The notes beneath the pieces were generated by a model. It worked only from the letters and a program-made list of their open reading frames with translations, had not been told where the DNA came from and did not search any database. The translations under genes were made by a program, and so were the position numbers. A stretch of 64,000 nucleotides of DNA from Clostridia bacterium (lineage in GTDB: Bacteria; Bacillota; Clostridia; Christensenellales; DTU072), in contig JAFVRJ010000016.1 in assembly GCA_017504305.1 (NCBI GenBank), forward strand, positions 5,237-69,236, given 5' to 3'. Every line of letters starts with the position of its first letter. Position 1 is the first letter of the stretch. Positions 60,729 through 64,000 of this stretch are shown in pieces.

Positions 60729-61697
60729 TTAATCTCCAATTTTACGATAAAGCTCGTCAGGCTCTACGTTGATTATCTCGATTTTTTCTTTATTTATCAG
60801 GCGCGCATCTCCTAAAGTGATCTCGCCTATTAAGGTTGCATCAATGTTAGCTTCAGCAAGAGCTTTGATAGCCTCGGTAACGTTTGCGGTAACAATCAAC
60901 ATACTTCCGCTCGAAATCAAACGCAAAGGATTGACTTTAAGCGCCGTCGTCACCTTTTTCGTCAGCTCACTAACGGGAATTTTATCTACGTAAACCGTTG
61001 CGCCCACACCTGTAATGTCGCAAAGCTCCTTGACTGCGCCAAGCACTCCACCTTCGGTAATATCGTGCATACACGCACTTATACCGCTTTCTCTTATAGC
61101 TTTTGCTTCCGCCATAACGGAAGTTAGCTCGGAATACTTTTTAATCTCCAAAAGCTCATCTTCCAAAAGATTGAGGCGGTTTGCATATTGCTCCGCTAAA
61201 ATAAAAGTGCCCTCGAGCGCTACTTTTTTGGTAACTATTATTCCGTCACCGATTTGCGGTTTATAAGCGACGTAATTTGTAGCGCGTTTACCGATACCAA
61301 CCGCGTTAACTACCGGACGCGTTACCGCATCGGTAAACTCCGTGTGACCACCGATGATCTCCGCATTCCATTTGGTGGCTTCAGCTTCCGCATCAAGCAT
61401 AATATGCTTGACGTCTTCATAAGACATGGTTTCCGGTAGAAGTAAAGTCAATAATAAAGCAATGGGTTCGCCGTACCCGGCGGCAATATCGTTTAGTACT
61501 ACTTTGACCGCAAGAGAGCCGATTTCCTTTGTTGCTCCGGTAATGGGATCGGTGTGCACGACAAGAGTGCCTTCAGTGCATAAAGAAGCACAGTCCGATG
61601 CAACACCGGCACCGACCAGCACCTCTCCTCTACGCGAAGAAAGTAAATCAAGAACGTTTTCTCTTAAGTTTTTGCCTGAAAGTTTACCGCTTGCCAT
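60729..61697 (-). CDS. AIR synthase-related (HypE/PurM-like) protein
   Basis: GKL, DCA, TDPITG, NDIAA, IIGGHTE, MHDITEGG, LISSG. Confidence 0.85.
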   Translation of the reverse strand: MASGKLSGKNLRENVLDLLSSRRGEVLVGAGVASDCASLCTEGTLVVHTDPITGATKEIGSLAVKVVLNDIAAGYGEPIALLLTLLLPETMSYEDVKHIMLDAEAEATKWNAEIIGGHTEFTDAVTRPVVNAVGIGKRATNYVAYKPQIGDGIIVTKKVALEGTFILAEQYANRLNLLEDELLEIKKYSELTSVMAEAKAIRESGISACMHDITEGGVLGAVKELCDITGVGATVYVDKIPVSELTKKVTTALKVNPLRLISSGSMLIVTANVTEAIKALAEANIDATLIGEITLGDARLINKEKIEIINVEPDELYRKIGD

Positions 61698-61703
61698 GAC
61701 TAA

Positions 61704-61731
61704 ATTTTACCACGTGCGCGCGATAAGTAAA
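61704..61731 (-). promoter_or_regulatory. Putative extended -10 sigma-A promoter heading the AIRS-yicC-rpoZ operon
   Basis: TTTACT-16 nt-(TGg)TAAAAT, 6 nt before the ATG. Confidence 0.55.
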
Positions 61732-61777
61732 GTAAATTAATAAAATAAATTTGAGTTATCCACAATTTCAAAAAATT

Positions 61778-63736
<1,959 letters not shown>

Positions 63737-64000
63737 CTATTTTACAAGGCTTAAAGGGGCAAGTGAGATAATAAACTTCTTCACTCCAAGGTTAGGGAAA
63801 GCAACCGTTGCCGTCGCGTTTTTACCCTCGCCCAGCACAACCAATATCGTACCTTCACCATAGTTGGGATGGCGCACTTTTGCTCCACCTACGTATCCGG
63901 TCAGGTCTTTGACTTGAGGTTTTGCTATTTGGGGCTTAACTTCCACCCTCGGTCTTGTCGCAAAACTTTCTCTTATCTTACTTGATACGGGCTCGTCACC
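63737..64000 (-). CDS. pcrA: C-terminus of PcrA/UvrD helicase (partial; starts beyond the window)
   Basis: Frame open to the window end; G.KV.HP.YG.G...V.F...G.KK....AP Tudor-like CTD; pcrA-ligA synteny. Confidence 0.75.
   Translation of the reverse strand, partial: GDEPVSSKIRESFATRPRVEVKPQIAKPQVKDLTGYVGGAKVRHPNYGEGTILVVLGEGKNATATVAFPNLGVKKFIISLAPLSLVK

Overview
Core-genome segment of an endospore-forming Clostridia (Bacillota) bacterium, with most genes on the minus strand. It carries housekeeping blocks (guaB/rdgB; parE-parC-der; valS; thrS then infC-rpmI-rplT with an L20 leader and an ATT start; pfkA plus a PPi-type PFK; rpmB/asp23-fakA-recG; pcrA-ligA; yicC-rpoZ-coaBC-priA-def-fmt-rsmB-rlmN-rsgA-rpe). 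Sporulation genes are interspersed: spoIVA, spoIVFB-like, ytxC-like and a 27-aa spoVM missed by the ORF track. I found no CRISPR array, rRNA/tRNA, IS element or prophage. The most interesting observations are: (1) an amino-acid ABC substrate-binding lipoprotein that appears naturally circularly permuted, behind a promoter wrapped in a six-unit palindromic operator; (2) an MFS sugar permease coupled to a membrane-anchored BspA-type LRR protein and a GH36 alpha-galactosidase, a possible uncharacterised glycan-capture module; (3) tandem NrdR boxes on the topoisomerase IV promoter; (4) recurrent hairpins that hide a gene's RBS in read-through RNA while a nested promoter escapes them; (5) a degenerate MreB and a MinE-like protein in a broken mre/min cluster. 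All family calls come from motifs recognised by eye; no database searches were run.
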